Positions 30,858 through 40,977 of a DNA stretch of 64,000 nucleotides are shown piece by piece. Positions within the stretch are counted from its first letter, which is position 1. Each line of letters opens with the position of its first letter. Source of the DNA: Candidatus Bathyarchaeota archaeon. Lineage in GTDB: Archaea; Thermoproteota; Bathyarchaeia; Bathyarchaeales; Bathycorpusculaceae. Below the pieces are notes generated by a model. The model did no database searches. It had not been told where the DNA came from and saw only the letters and a program-made list of their open reading frames with translations. The translations under genes and the position numbers were made by a program. Location of the stretch: the NCBI GenBank assembly GCA_963770935.1, contig CAVYRJ010000008.1, positions 96,001 through 160,000 of the forward strand. Reading direction: 5' to 3'.

Positions 30858-32114
30858 CTAAATTTGGTAGGTTTCGCCAGTCTTTGGCGCCACAGCATCC
30901 AAGCCTAACTCGGTTTTTGCCCAGTTTGCAAATAGTTCACAGTTGCCCTCCGCTCCATGCACAACGAAGACTTTGGGTTTGCCGCCTAGCTTTATTAGGG
31001 CTTCTTTGAGTTTGCTTGCGCCGCAGTGCGACGAGAAATCAAAATGACGATACTGCGCTTTAATCTTGCGAATTTGCCCATCGATTGTGCAGACGCCTTT
31101 CTCCATAAGTTCCCTACCGGGAGTGCCCGGAATTTGGTAGCTGACCAGGAACACGGCGTTGTTGGCTTTTTTTCCAAGCTTTGAAATGTAGAATGCTGCT
31201 GGTCCACCTTTAAGCATGCCTGCTGTGGAAATTATCACGCCCGGCGTTTTGACGGCTCGGCGTCTATCACGCCAGCCTTCCACCCACTCGGCTGAGTGCA
31301 TGGCATTCATAAAGAGTCTTGGGTCTTTGAGAAATTCTTTGTAATTCATGATGACTCTGCTTGCCTCCCTTGCCATTCCATCTAAGGTTACCGGGTAATC
31401 AAAATGGTTGGCGGCTAAAACACATGCTATTTCCTGTGAGCGACCTACACCGAATGCTGGGACAAGAACAGTTCCCCCTGTTTCAACCACGTCTGTGCAT
31501 GCTTCAACGAATTTTTTTTCCAGTTCTAACCGTTCGGTGTGGTCTGCATCTGCATACGTGCTTTCTATGACAACTGCATCTAAATCGCCGTAGTTCATAG
31601 ATGCTCCTGCCAGCAGTTTGCTTTCTTCCAAGTTGAAGTCGCCCGTGTAAAGGATACGTTTGCCTTCCGCTTCAATCAACACTTGCGAGCTTCCAGGGGT
31701 ATGACCTGCGTTGAACAACTTCATTTTCATGTCACCGATTTGTTCTTCAACCCCAAAATCTAAGTGCCTGTTACTTTGCATCATGGTTTTTAATTCAAGA
31801 TATTCAAAAGGCAAATAGTAACTTGACAAGTGGATAAAGTCTTGAACGAGCAATTGGGTTAATTCTAAACTAAGTTTGTTTGTGTAGAGGGGTTTTTTGT
31901 CGTTTATGTAGAAGATGGGGACGGCGCCGGAGTGGTCAAGGTGGCTATGGGTCAAAATTACTGCGTCGACTTCTTTTGGGGGAATATGCATGGGGAAACC
32001 TGGTTCATTGTCAAGCATAACACCGTAATCGCACACAACCTGAGTTTTTTCTGACTTAATAGTTACTCCGATTCTGCCGACTTCTCTGGCTCCACCTAAA
32101 AATCCAACTTGCAA
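30858..32114 (-). CDS. Metallo-beta-lactamase / beta-CASP ribonuclease (aCPSF-like, no KH domains)
   Basis: LGGAREVGR, THSHLDHSG, AGHTPGS, YTGD, ESTYA, PAFGVGRSQE, FSSH, VHG. Confidence 0.92.
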   Translation of the reverse strand: MQVGFLGGAREVGRIGVTIKSEKTQVVCDYGVMLDNEPGFPMHIPPKEVDAVILTHSHLDHSGAVPIFYINDKKPLYTNKLSLELTQLLVQDFIHLSSYYLPFEYLELKTMMQSNRHLDFGVEEQIGDMKMKLFNAGHTPGSSQVLIEAEGKRILYTGDFNLEESKLLAGASMNYGDLDAVVIESTYADADHTERLELEKKFVEACTDVVETGGTVLVPAFGVGRSQEIACVLAANHFDYPVTLDGMAREASRVIMNYKEFLKDPRLFMNAMHSAEWVEGWRDRRRAVKTPGVIISTAGMLKGGPAAFYISKLGKKANNAVFLVSYQIPGTPGRELMEKGVCTIDGQIRKIKAQYRHFDFSSHCGASKLKEALIKLGGKPKVFVVHGAEGNCELFANWAKTELGLDAVAPKTGETYQI

Positions 32115-32167
32115 TCAGGACAAACCCCATTTGTTGATGTTAACGATTAAAAATGGATTATGCTGTT

Positions 32168-32779
32168 TTAAAAATGTATTGACCCTCGGTTCAAATGTGC
32201 AGAAACAGAACCTTTCTTGATCGCCCTCAAAATCTCATCCAGATTCAAAGAAGCTTCAACTTTGTTATAGACGCTGAATAATTCTGAAACTTGATGTGCA
32301 TCGCTTCCTGCGGTAGCGGGCAAACCCAAGTTCTTAGCCAACTCCTTCGCTTCATTGTTTGCTTCTTTGCTTGAGCCGCCGTTTAAGGCTTCGATGGCGT
32401 CAATCTTATAGTTTCTGGCACGTTCACCCATACCGTACGTTCGAAAGGGATGAGCTACAATAGAAACGCCTCCGATAGATTTAGCGAAATCAACGACAAC
32501 TTCAGGCGTCCATGGCTTAGGAGGCAACTCGTAAGTGCCTAAAACGACAATATCCCCCTGCTCAGTGCTGATTTCCACACCTGGAATCACCAAAACATCT
32601 GGGTAAGTAGAAGCCAGCTCAACTGTTGCCCTGCAACCGCGTACACTGTCATGGTCGGTGACGGCAGCAACCTTGATGAAGCTGTGCGCGACAAGCATAT
32701 CCACGAGGGTTTTTGGTTGAATTATAGAGTCTGCCGAATAAATCGTATGAATATGAAAGTCGGCAAATAGAGGCTCTAT
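32168..32779 (-). CDS. PHP domain phosphoesterase
   Basis: In-frame upstream DFHIHT.YS.DS; AVTDHD, PGVEIST, AHPF, GSDAH; the first canonical start (GTG 32704) lies downstream of the HxH motif. Confidence 0.88.
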   Translation of the reverse strand: MEPLFADFHIHTIYSADSIIQPKTLVDMLVAHSFIKVAAVTDHDSVRGCRATVELASTYPDVLVIPGVEISTEQGDIVVLGTYELPPKPWTPEVVVDFAKSIGGVSIVAHPFRTYGMGERARNYKIDAIEALNGGSSKEANNEAKELAKNLGLPATAGSDAHQVSELFSVYNKVEASLNLDEILRAIKKGSVSAHLNRGSIHF

Positions 32780-32795
32780 AAGTAATTTCCCCGTT

Positions 32796-32984
32796 TCAAG
32801 GTGACGAATAGAATGTTTGGCTGCTGCCTATGTGTTCGTTTTTTTGTTTTTCAAGGTATTCTACTACGCTTTTTTCAACAACTTCACCAAGTTTATCCAG
32901 TGACTGTTTAGGATATTTTTTTGTTACATAGGCGCGTAGTGTTTTCTCGGTTTCATCAGTTAAAGTAATTGTAATTTTTCCCAA
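32796..32984 (-). CDS. Ribbon-helix-helix DNA-binding protein
   Basis: MGKITITLTDETEKTLRAYV...LGEVVEKSVVEYL pattern; AGGTGA SD upstream. Confidence 0.75.
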   Translation of the reverse strand: MGKITITLTDETEKTLRAYVTKKYPKQSLDKLGEVVEKSVVEYLEKQKNEHIGSSQTFYSSP

Positions 32985-33372
32985 TTAGTTATCACCTGAA
33001 TGCTTGTATTATGGTTGGAGAGACCTAACTATTAAAAGCATTGCTTGCATTCGAAGAATGCTCTTAGCTTGTTTTTTTTGGCGAAGACTATTAAGGTAAC
33101 AGTTTTAAGTTCAGCTAAGAGGAAAAATACTTCAATGGCAAATTTCAGTCTGATAGAGAACAGTTGTTGCAGTAAAGCAAGGCCAAAAAGTAAACCAGAA
33201 CAGATTTTTCCTTTTTGGAAAACAATTCTTGCTCAATCGACTTCTAAGCCTATTTGGTTGCCCCAATCAGTATCCGCTTGTAATCCGAAAGTTTTCCTTG
33301 CACCTTGCTGTGACTAAAATAAGATTGTCGGCATCGACTATTCTGGCAAAATGCAGCTTAAGCAGGCTTGAA

Positions 33373-35004
33373 CTAAGTTTTTTCGTTCAGCTGTTCCCGA
33401 AGAATGCTCTCTAAGCGGTTAAAAACCTCTCTACTGCCCTGCAAGTTGGCGTCAACAGAATCAAAATGTATATCGGTTGTTTTGCAAGTCTTTACGCATG
33501 TTTTTTTAACATTGTCGCTCCAGTATTGGGGGTTATTTAGCAGAACAATGCTCTTGTAAGTTGAACGTTTGATGTACTCGGCGGTTTGGTTTGCAACGTA
33601 ATCAATAGTTTCACAATCAAGTGGATGCGCTGTTTCATGCTGAGACAGAGGATAAACCTCATCTAGCTCCAAGGGAACCAAACCGAACGGAGCCGAATAA
33701 ACACAAACATGGACTTGGGAAGAGAGGTCTTTTCCTAAGCTTCTGAATAGCTGCCTGATTTTCTTGAACTCTGGCGCTTTATGGAACGGTTTGTTTCTGG
33801 TTTGAGGTACAAGCAAAAGCACCTTTGCGTCTTGGGGTGGGGTGTACCTTTCGGTTAGGCGTTTTTTGTAATGAGTGATTTCTGGTCGCGCTAGCCCTAC
33901 TGAGTCGAAGTAGAAGAAGCCGCTTGTTTTTGCTGTTGGGCTGTATTTTTCGAGGAAGTCTTCGTGACTGCGAAGATGCTTTAGCGCTGAAAGCAAGGCT
34001 GGGTGGGCATGGACGCGCATTTCGGTGTGTTCCCAAAGCCTCCCATTGCGTATGGCTTGTTTAATGCGTTTAAGTTCGGCTAGGCAAACGTAGAGGTTGT
34101 GTTCTGCAAGGAAAATTTCCCGTTCCTTTGGCACCTTCATTTCTAAGCCCCTTGGTGTTTCCATAGAACACCGTGGGCAGCTACATGGAAAATAATCTAG
34201 GTCATTTAAGCGCCATGTGCCGTTCTCAGTCATGTAACGGTTCTCCCGAGCATATAGTGCATAAGCTGCGGAATCAAAGAGGTCACAGCCCAATGCGACT
34301 GCCAAAGCGAACATTGAAGGGTGTCCAGCGCCAAACAGGTGCAGCGGACGCTCCAAAGGTAAACCTTTTTTGGCGGTTAATATCATGTCGGCTAGGACAT
34401 CGTAGCGGTAGCTTTCCATAACTTCAGTGGGACTTCCAAGCGCGTGGATTTGGAAGGGCAACTTCCCCATTTCAACCGCCGAATTAGCCACCAAATCCAA
34501 GTGTTTTCCACCTTGAACAGGTCCAACCCACAGGATGTCATCCCGCGTTTTTTCTTTGAAGAAAGCTTTTGCTCGTCTCAGGGTTTCTGCTACGGTTACT
34601 TCGGCTTGTTCTTTGGTGACTTTCCAGCCTGTGGGAATGTCAAGGATTGTGGCGATGTCGCTGCCGATGCCTTCTTGATAAGACACAATTTCTTTTTGAG
34701 AAACTTCGACGCCGCCGTAAACAAGAATTTGGTAAGCCCCCGAATCCGTCATGACTGACCCGTTAAAATCAAGAAATTTATGCAAGCCCATCTCAACTGG
34801 CTTGTTGTCATAGCGTTTCTTTAGGATGTAAGCGTTTGTTATGACTGCTTGAAAACCGAATGTGTCCTTGAGCTTTTGAGGCGGGATAGGTTGGATGCTG
34901 GGGTTGATTACTGGAAAAAGTAGCGGTGTTTCTACTGTGCCGCTTTTAGTTTTCAGTTTGCCGATTCTGCCCAGCAAGTCTTTTTCTTTTATTTCGAAGC
35001 TCAA
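33373..35004 (-). CDS. tgtA: Archaeosine tRNA-guanine(15) transglycosylase
   Basis: GRIGKL, ETP.LFPVINP, MTDSGAYQ, PVQGG, HLFGAGHP, GCDLFDSAAY, C.C..C...HNL zinc site. Confidence 0.95.
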   Translation of the reverse strand: MSFEIKEKDLLGRIGKLKTKSGTVETPLLFPVINPSIQPIPPQKLKDTFGFQAVITNAYILKKRYDNKPVEMGLHKFLDFNGSVMTDSGAYQILVYGGVEVSQKEIVSYQEGIGSDIATILDIPTGWKVTKEQAEVTVAETLRRAKAFFKEKTRDDILWVGPVQGGKHLDLVANSAVEMGKLPFQIHALGSPTEVMESYRYDVLADMILTAKKGLPLERPLHLFGAGHPSMFALAVALGCDLFDSAAYALYARENRYMTENGTWRLNDLDYFPCSCPRCSMETPRGLEMKVPKEREIFLAEHNLYVCLAELKRIKQAIRNGRLWEHTEMRVHAHPALLSALKHLRSHEDFLEKYSPTAKTSGFFYFDSVGLARPEITHYKKRLTERYTPPQDAKVLLLVPQTRNKPFHKAPEFKKIRQLFRSLGKDLSSQVHVCVYSAPFGLVPLELDEVYPLSQHETAHPLDCETIDYVANQTAEYIKRSTYKSIVLLNNPQYWSDNVKKTCVKTCKTTDIHFDSVDANLQGSREVFNRLESILREQLNEKT

Positions 35005-35108
35005 GGTGAAACCTAAACAAGAAGCATTGCTCTATTATAAAAAACATTAGCCTTTTAGACATCCTTATATCGCCTTGTTTATCTAAATACCCATCGAAGT
35101 GCACATTC

Positions 35109-35858
35109 ATGGTCTGCTCAATCGACATAAGCGAAAAACCAACTTTAAACGACCCTATCCTAATCGAAGGATTACCAGGCATAGGATATGTGGCCAATAT
35201 TGCAGCATTGCATTTGATTAAAGAGTTGAAAGCCACACGCTTTGTCCAGATCTTTTCTTCGTCTTTTCAGGATTTTGCAATAACTACTGGCGATGGCGGA
35301 GCCCGAACACCTATAAACGAACTCTATTACGTGAAGAGGGATGGGGAGCGCGACCTAATCATTTGGTATGGGAACACTCAGGCATTAACGACTGTTGGGC
35401 AGTACGAGTTAGTCGGCAAAGTGTTGGATATTGCGCAGGAGTTTGGCTGCCGCTTTGTAATTTCCATCGGCGGCTTCAAGAAAGATGAAGCACAGCCTGT
35501 TCCGGGGATTTACAGTACGGCGACGGATTTGGAGACGATGCAGCAGGCGCTTGATTTGGGCACAAAAGTTATGGTTGGACACGTGTTTGGAATTGCTGGT
35601 TTGTCGGTGGGACTTGCAGGGATTAGGGACCTGAAGGGCTTCTCGCTGCTTGTGGATACGCCCGGAATGAACCCGGACGTTAACGCTGCACGATACGCGC
35701 TGCTTACTCTGGGAAAATACTTGTACTTAGATGTTAATTTGTCCGGGCTGGAAGTAAGCGGTGACGAAATCAAAAAGATGCTTGAGTCCTTTGGCGTAAT
35801 CCGAAGCATTACAGAAGAAAAGAAGAAAGAGGAGCAGCAACTGCGCTGGTTTATTTAG
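35109..35858 (+). CDS. PAC2 family proteasome assembly chaperone-like protein
   Basis: ILIEGLPGIG.VA.IAA.HLI, ISIGG, G.AGL..G; C-terminal W-F-I tail. Confidence 0.85.
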   Translation: MVCSIDISEKPTLNDPILIEGLPGIGYVANIAALHLIKELKATRFVQIFSSSFQDFAITTGDGGARTPINELYYVKRDGERDLIIWYGNTQALTTVGQYELVGKVLDIAQEFGCRFVISIGGFKKDEAQPVPGIYSTATDLETMQQALDLGTKVMVGHVFGIAGLSVGLAGIRDLKGFSLLVDTPGMNPDVNAARYALLTLGKYLYLDVNLSGLEVSGDEIKKMLESFGVIRSITEEKKKEEQQLRWFI

Positions 35859-36277
35859 GCTTTAGCTTCGCTCATGAATGTGTCGTAAACTTTCTGCACA
35901 CGGTCAGCGGCTGGACCTGAACCTTCCACTACGCCTTTCTCGGTTAGTTTTACTTTGTCCATAACCCAGATGAAACCCTTGTCATCGTAGAGTTTAACCA
36001 TGGTTGGGAAAACTTTTTCGAGTCTATTGGCTAGTGCTTTGAGGTCGAAGGGTTTCTCTGCACTGGATATTGACATGACAACAGATCCGTTGATGACTAG
36101 CCGGTTTAGGAGTCTTCCAGACTCGTCTTTTACATCGGCTAAGCTGAGACTTAGGTTGTCGGGGTTTATGCCGATGAGTGTGCCGTTGAATGTTTTTCCG
36201 TTAGTAGTGACGACAGCAACGTTTCTATCTGCCAACGCTGCCACATCTGTGAAGTATTTTCTTTGCGCTACAGACAA
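35855..36277 (-). CDS. Lsm/Sm-like RNA-binding protein with C-terminal extension (SmAP3-type)
   Basis: Sm fold (V.V.T.NGK.F.G.L.G.....LSL.L) plus Lsm-C domain (FDL..LA..LEKVFP..VK, G.GP.A.RV); AGGAG SD and TTG at 36277. Confidence 0.85.
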   Translation of the reverse strand: MSVAQRKYFTDVAALADRNVAVVTTNGKTFNGTLIGINPDNLSLSLADVKDESGRLLNRLVINGSVVMSISSAEKPFDLKALANRLEKVFPTMVKLYDDKGFIWVMDKVKLTEKGVVEGSGPAADRVQKVYDTFMSEAKA

Positions 36278-36546
36278 CTTTTTTTTCTCCTTGATTGTTA
36301 CATGAAATTGCATTACAACTATTTATCTTTAATAAAAATAGAAACCAAAAAGCATAGCGGTGAGCGTTTGTCGATTCTGTTAAAATGCAATTTAGGTCTT
36401 TTTTGGTTGTTTTCATGGGCTTTAGAAGAAATTTCTTTTTGGTTCGGTTTCAACAGGTTTTGTGGAGCAAACATTACCTATAAATTTGTATACTAAATAA
36501 AAAGAAAAAAGAATTGTTAAACGACTAAAGATGTTAGCTTAAAAGC

Positions 36547-36690
36547 TTAATATCTTCGTGGTGGTCTACGTTTTGAGTAGCATTCTCGGCAGTAAACTGG
36601 CCTGCTACCGTCTGGTTTGAATGGAACATCGCATTCTTTTCCGCAGTCTGCGCAGGTTGCCTTATGCATCTCTTTATTGCCATATGACAT
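36547..36690 (-). CDS. 47-aa CxxC-x17-CxxC zinc-ribbon protein (not in the ORF track)
   Basis: Manual translation MSYGNKEMHKATCADCGKECDVPFKPDGSRPVYCRECYSKRRPPRRY. Confidence 0.9.
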   Translation of the reverse strand: MSYGNKEMHKATCADCGKECDVPFKPDGSRPVYCRECYSKRRPPRRY

Positions 36691-36870
36691 TTCTATTTTT
36701 CACTTCCTTTTACTACTTTGCAAATTGATTTGCAACTTCTCTTAATGCAGAGCTTACTCTAAAGTCTATCCGTTGAAAATGTGAAAGTGCTACATTATAG
36801 CAAAAAAAAGAGCGATGAGATAAGCTGTAGCCAAATTAAGGGCTAGAAATTTTCTTAAGAAACAACTGTT

Positions 36871-38150
36871 TTAATTTTTTCTCTCAATTGTTTCGCCTTT
36901 CTGCTTAAGAAAAGCCATAGCGTTCGGCGGTAGGTCTCGCTCAACCATAAAGTTTGGTCCAATCCAACTGTTCATGCCTACCTTTACGCCCGGCATAAAT
37001 ATCGATTTGATGCCTGTTTTAACGTTGTCCCTATGACTGCTCCCAGTTTTCGTCTTCCTGTGTCCACCACTTGGTCTTTAACTGTCATTTTGATTGAGCG
37101 AGAGTCGAATCGATAGTTTGCTATTATAGTTCCTGCGCCCAAGTTGCATTTTTCGCCCAGAATGCTGTCGCCAACATAGGAGAGGTGCCCAACATGAGTG
37201 CCATCCATGATTATGCTGTTTTTGATCTCGCATGCGTTGCCGACACGAACTCTTTTGCCAACACTTGTGGCTGGCCGTATGTAACAGTTTGGTCCGATAT
37301 CTGCTTCTTCGTCTATGAAGACGGGACCTTCAATGTAGGCACCTGAGCGAACCCTCGCAGATTCCGCAACCGTGACTGGACCAATCAAATGCGCCCCCTG
37401 CTCCACCGTACCCGAGACTTTATGGTCCATGCGCTTAAGACCCCAAACATTCGCGTCAAGCAAATCCCAAGGTCTACCCACATCAAACCAATCGTCTTTG
37501 CTAAGTTCTGCTGCCAGAACCGTCTTTCCTTCCTCCGCGAGCATGGTTATGGCGTCGGTTAGTTCCCATTCACCGCGGATTGAGGCTTTGGTCTTCTTGA
37601 TTTTGTCGAAGATTTCTTTTGAAAAAGCGTAGATTCCTGCGTTTGCAAGATTCGATGGCGCAATTCCTGCGGTGGGTTTTTCCACGATGCGCTTAACTTC
37701 TCCTTCCGCGTCTTGCTCGATTATGCCGTAGCTTTCGGGCTTATCGACTGGAACTACGCCCAAGACTGCGGCTGTTTTTCCATTCTTAAACTGAGAAAGA
37801 ACTTTTTTTACCGAGTCTTGACCAAATAACAAATCCCCATAAATTAGAATAAAATCGTCATTCACGTATGGCTCTACGACTTCTGCGGCGTTGCCTGTAC
37901 CTAAAATCTCTTTCTGTTCAACGTATGTGAGTTTTAATCCAAGTTTTTCGCCGTCTCCAAAGTAGCTGTGTATTGAGTCGCCCATGTAATGAGTAACGAC
38001 TATGGCTTCAGATATTCCCGCCCTTTTGACAGCTTCTAAGCAGAACTGAAGGATTGGTTTACCTGCGATCTTGATGAGGTGTTTGGGTCGAGTTGCCGTT
38101 ATGGGCAAAAGTCGGACGCCTTCGCCAGCTGCTAAAAGAACTGCTTTCAT
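36871..38150 (-). CDS. glmU: Bifunctional sugar-1-phosphate nucleotidyltransferase/acetyltransferase (archaeal GlmU), frameshift at ~37020
   Basis: LAAGEG.RL.P.T..RPK, EKP, RGE.ELTD, hexapeptide repeats, HLSYVGDS, GRRKLGA; the true C-terminus continues in another frame to the stop at 36871. Confidence 0.88.
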
Positions 38151-38151
38151 G

Positions 38152-39507
38152 TCATTGTGCCTCGATTTGTTTGTGTATTAGTGCTGTTGCCTTTTGGGTT
38201 ATATCTTTTGCCGCTTGCGGGGATTCTCCTTCGACTGTTAGACGGATGAGGGGTTCTGTGCCTGATGCCCGTACGAGTAGCCAGCCGTTTTTGAGGGCTA
38301 AGCGTGCGCCATCCACCGTGGAGTAATCCGTGTAGGTTGGGAACGCGGCTTTGAGAGCACTTCCGAGTTGCTCAACCAACAGGTATTTTTGTTCGTTCCT
38401 GCATGAGATGTTTTCCCTAAGCGTAATGTACTCAGGCACTTCGGCGATGAATTCCGAAACGCTCTTGCCTTCCTCTTCAAGTGCCGCAAGGAACAGGGCT
38501 GCCGAAAGCGGACCGTCAGGACAAAGGTGAAGTTGGGGATGCACCCAAGCACCGCAAGGTTCGCCACCGAAAACTGCGTCATTTTGTTTTATAGCTTCAG
38601 AAATGTAAATGTCGCCCACACGTGTTCGGACGACTTTGCCACCGTATTTTTCTGCCATCGTTTCCATACACATTGATGCTTCAACATTGGTAACTACGAT
38701 TCCGCCGCCATTACGCTTGAGTGCTAAAGCCCCGTAAGCTGCCAAGGAACGGTCAAAATTGACAAAGCCGCCGTTCTCGTCGACGAATGCAACTCTGTCA
38801 GCGTCGCCGTCAAAGGCAATGCCGATGTCTGCACTGAGAATTTTGACTATTTTTGCGAGATCTTGCAGCGACTCGGATGTAGGCTCGGATTTTCTGGCTG
38901 GAAAGTGCCCGTCTGGTTGAGCGTTTAATGCAGTTACTTTGCAGCCTAAGGCCTGGAGTATTTGTGGAGCAATGCTAAATGCGGCTCCGCATCCTGGGTC
39001 AACAACAACTTTCCATTGTTTTTTTAGGGAAACTGCCTGCTGTACCATGCCAATGTAAATCTGCCGTGCATCAACAAAACTAGCTTTGCCGAGCTTTCGC
39101 CAATCTGCAAGCGCAAAATTCCCTTTCGCCACAATTTCTTCCACAGCGTTTTGGTCATCATCAGTGTAGGAAAGATCGGCATTGAACACTTTTATGCCGT
39201 TGTATTGAGGCGGATTATGGGAAGCTGTAAGCATGAAACCAACATCTGCACCCAACGCTTTAGCTATATAAGCCAATACAGGAGTAGGAACAATACCCAA
39301 AAGTAAAACATCTATGCCGGTTGAAACCAAGCCTGAAACCAAGGCGTCCTCAATCATACAGCCTGAAACGCGTGTATCACGGGCTACAACAGCTTTTTTT
39401 GCTTTTGCATGAATTGCAACCGCTGAAGCAAGTTTGCACGCTAAGATTGGAGTTAAGTCGACATTTGCTAATCCTCTGACGCCTGAGCTTCCAAACAGTT
39501 TACCCAT
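38152..39507 (-). CDS. glmM: Phosphoglucosamine mutase / phosphohexomutase
   Basis: LFGSSGVRG, TASHNP..YNGIK, DGDADR, GGE..G, RASGTEP.IR; adjacent to glmU. Confidence 0.9.
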   Translation of the reverse strand: MGKLFGSSGVRGLANVDLTPILACKLASAVAIHAKAKKAVVARDTRVSGCMIEDALVSGLVSTGIDVLLLGIVPTPVLAYIAKALGADVGFMLTASHNPPQYNGIKVFNADLSYTDDDQNAVEEIVAKGNFALADWRKLGKASFVDARQIYIGMVQQAVSLKKQWKVVVDPGCGAAFSIAPQILQALGCKVTALNAQPDGHFPARKSEPTSESLQDLAKIVKILSADIGIAFDGDADRVAFVDENGGFVNFDRSLAAYGALALKRNGGGIVVTNVEASMCMETMAEKYGGKVVRTRVGDIYISEAIKQNDAVFGGEPCGAWVHPQLHLCPDGPLSAALFLAALEEEGKSVSEFIAEVPEYITLRENISCRNEQKYLLVEQLGSALKAAFPTYTDYSTVDGARLALKNGWLLVRASGTEPLIRLTVEGESPQAAKDITQKATALIHKQIEAQ

Positions 39508-39570
39508 TAATCTGCACCTGTTAATGCAAGGTAGTGTGTTGGTTGGATTAAAAAAGAATTTGGCAAAGCT

Positions 39571-40653
39571 CTAAATGTGCGTTCTTAGAAAATTAGCAAG
39601 TTTTTCTCTGGTCGGATGTAGCCCATCTGGATCTGAGAGGTAGCTTGCGGCGACAGCGTTTGCCAGCATCAAGCGGCACTCGTCAGAGAGCCCATTGTGG
39701 TCGCCTAAGATGTTTCCTGCATTCCAGGCATCGCCGGCGCCTGTGGCACGTAAAACTTTTACCTTAAATGTTGGAACCACAACCTCAAGTTTGCCTTTCA
39801 ATGTGGCTGAGAACTCGGTGGTGTGCAGATCAATCCGTGCTGAAACAAACTTAGCTAAAACCCGTGCGGCTTCCATAGCAAACTCTGCAAACCCCAAACG
39901 CGTTTGCTTCTCTTTCAAATCCAAATCGAGCAGACTCGCGTACGTTATCGCCTCGTTCTCATTCAAACTCAAGATATCGACTTTATCAGTTTTCAAAACC
40001 TTTTCCATCAAATCAGATGTCTCTTTAGCTTTGGGAGTTGGGTCAGCGGTATCGTAGTAAGTCTTACACTTTCCCCTCCGTTTTGCTCTCTCAAAAACGG
40101 CTTGAGCCAGCTCGGTGCCAAACTTTAATGTTCCTGCCCAATTAAAGAGGCACACGTAGTCAGCATTCTCAATTAGCGAATAATCGCGCTCGTCAAGGTT
40201 GGCTGGTCCAAAATCAGCTAAAGCGCCCAAGTCACGGAGCATAACGTTTGCTTTCTCGTCTTTGTTTTTAAACTCCAGAGCAGTTGTTATCGAGGCTTTG
40301 CCCAGGGTTTTAATGTGTGCGGTATCGATTGGGTTATTTTTGAAGTGGTATTTTATTTGTTGCAGTCCAAATTCGTTTGTACATACAATCGGGGTAACCT
40401 TAACGTCTAAGCTGGCTAAGGCTGATGCAACATTAATGGCGTTTCCTCCCCGAAGGTCAACCTGAGGGATTCCATCTAAACTACCGCCTTTCCGTTTAGC
40501 CACATCTGAAATCAAATCAGAAAATTGGTCGGTGCCCCATTCAATACTTATGAGTCGGTCAAGAAAAAAATCAGGCATAACCACGGCTTTGCAGTCTCTA
40601 AATTTTTCTTCCAGAAAACGCTGCAGTTCTTTTTTACATTCCGCTGACGTCAT
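39571..40653 (-). CDS. PfkB-family carbohydrate kinase
   Basis: GGNA.N.A.AL..L, LSLNENEA, TGAGDAWNAG. Confidence 0.88.
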   Translation of the reverse strand: MTSAECKKELQRFLEEKFRDCKAVVMPDFFLDRLISIEWGTDQFSDLISDVAKRKGGSLDGIPQVDLRGGNAINVASALASLDVKVTPIVCTNEFGLQQIKYHFKNNPIDTAHIKTLGKASITTALEFKNKDEKANVMLRDLGALADFGPANLDERDYSLIENADYVCLFNWAGTLKFGTELAQAVFERAKRRGKCKTYYDTADPTPKAKETSDLMEKVLKTDKVDILSLNENEAITYASLLDLDLKEKQTRLGFAEFAMEAARVLAKFVSARIDLHTTEFSATLKGKLEVVVPTFKVKVLRATGAGDAWNAGNILGDHNGLSDECRLMLANAVAASYLSDPDGLHPTREKLANFLRTHI

Positions 40654-40743
40654 TTGAGGACTCCTTAATGTACATTTCCCAAAAAGCTAAAATAACCTTT
40701 TGATTTAAAATATGAATTCAGGGATAAGAAGAGGAGATAGGAT

Positions 40744-40968
40744 TTGAAGTTTAAAACTGAAGTTAGCTTGCTCTTTATTGCTATTACTTTGTTTTCAGTA
40801 GCTATGTTCTTCTATTCATACCAAAGCGGCGTTGGCGACATCATTTTAAGCCAAAGTTTAGCTTACCCATACAGAGGAATCGCATTGGCATTCGTGGGGT
40901 TTGGCTCAGTCTCCATGGTTACAGCTTCAATTTCCTATTCAAAACGAAGCAAAAACATCTTACAATAA
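40744..40968 (+). CDS. Small two-TM membrane protein
   Basis: GAGGAG SD, TTG start, two hydrophobic helices. Confidence 0.65.
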   Translation: MKFKTEVSLLFIAITLFSVAMFFYSYQSGVGDIILSQSLAYPYRGIALAFVGFGSVSMVTASISYSKRSKNILQ

Positions 40969-40977
40969 TTTTCAGGT

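Noticed and set aside
36547-36690. Ribosomal protein L40e or a similar zinc-binding r-protein
   Set aside because: Spacing and the VPFKP...RPVYC..C motif match the CxxC-x17-CxxC family instead
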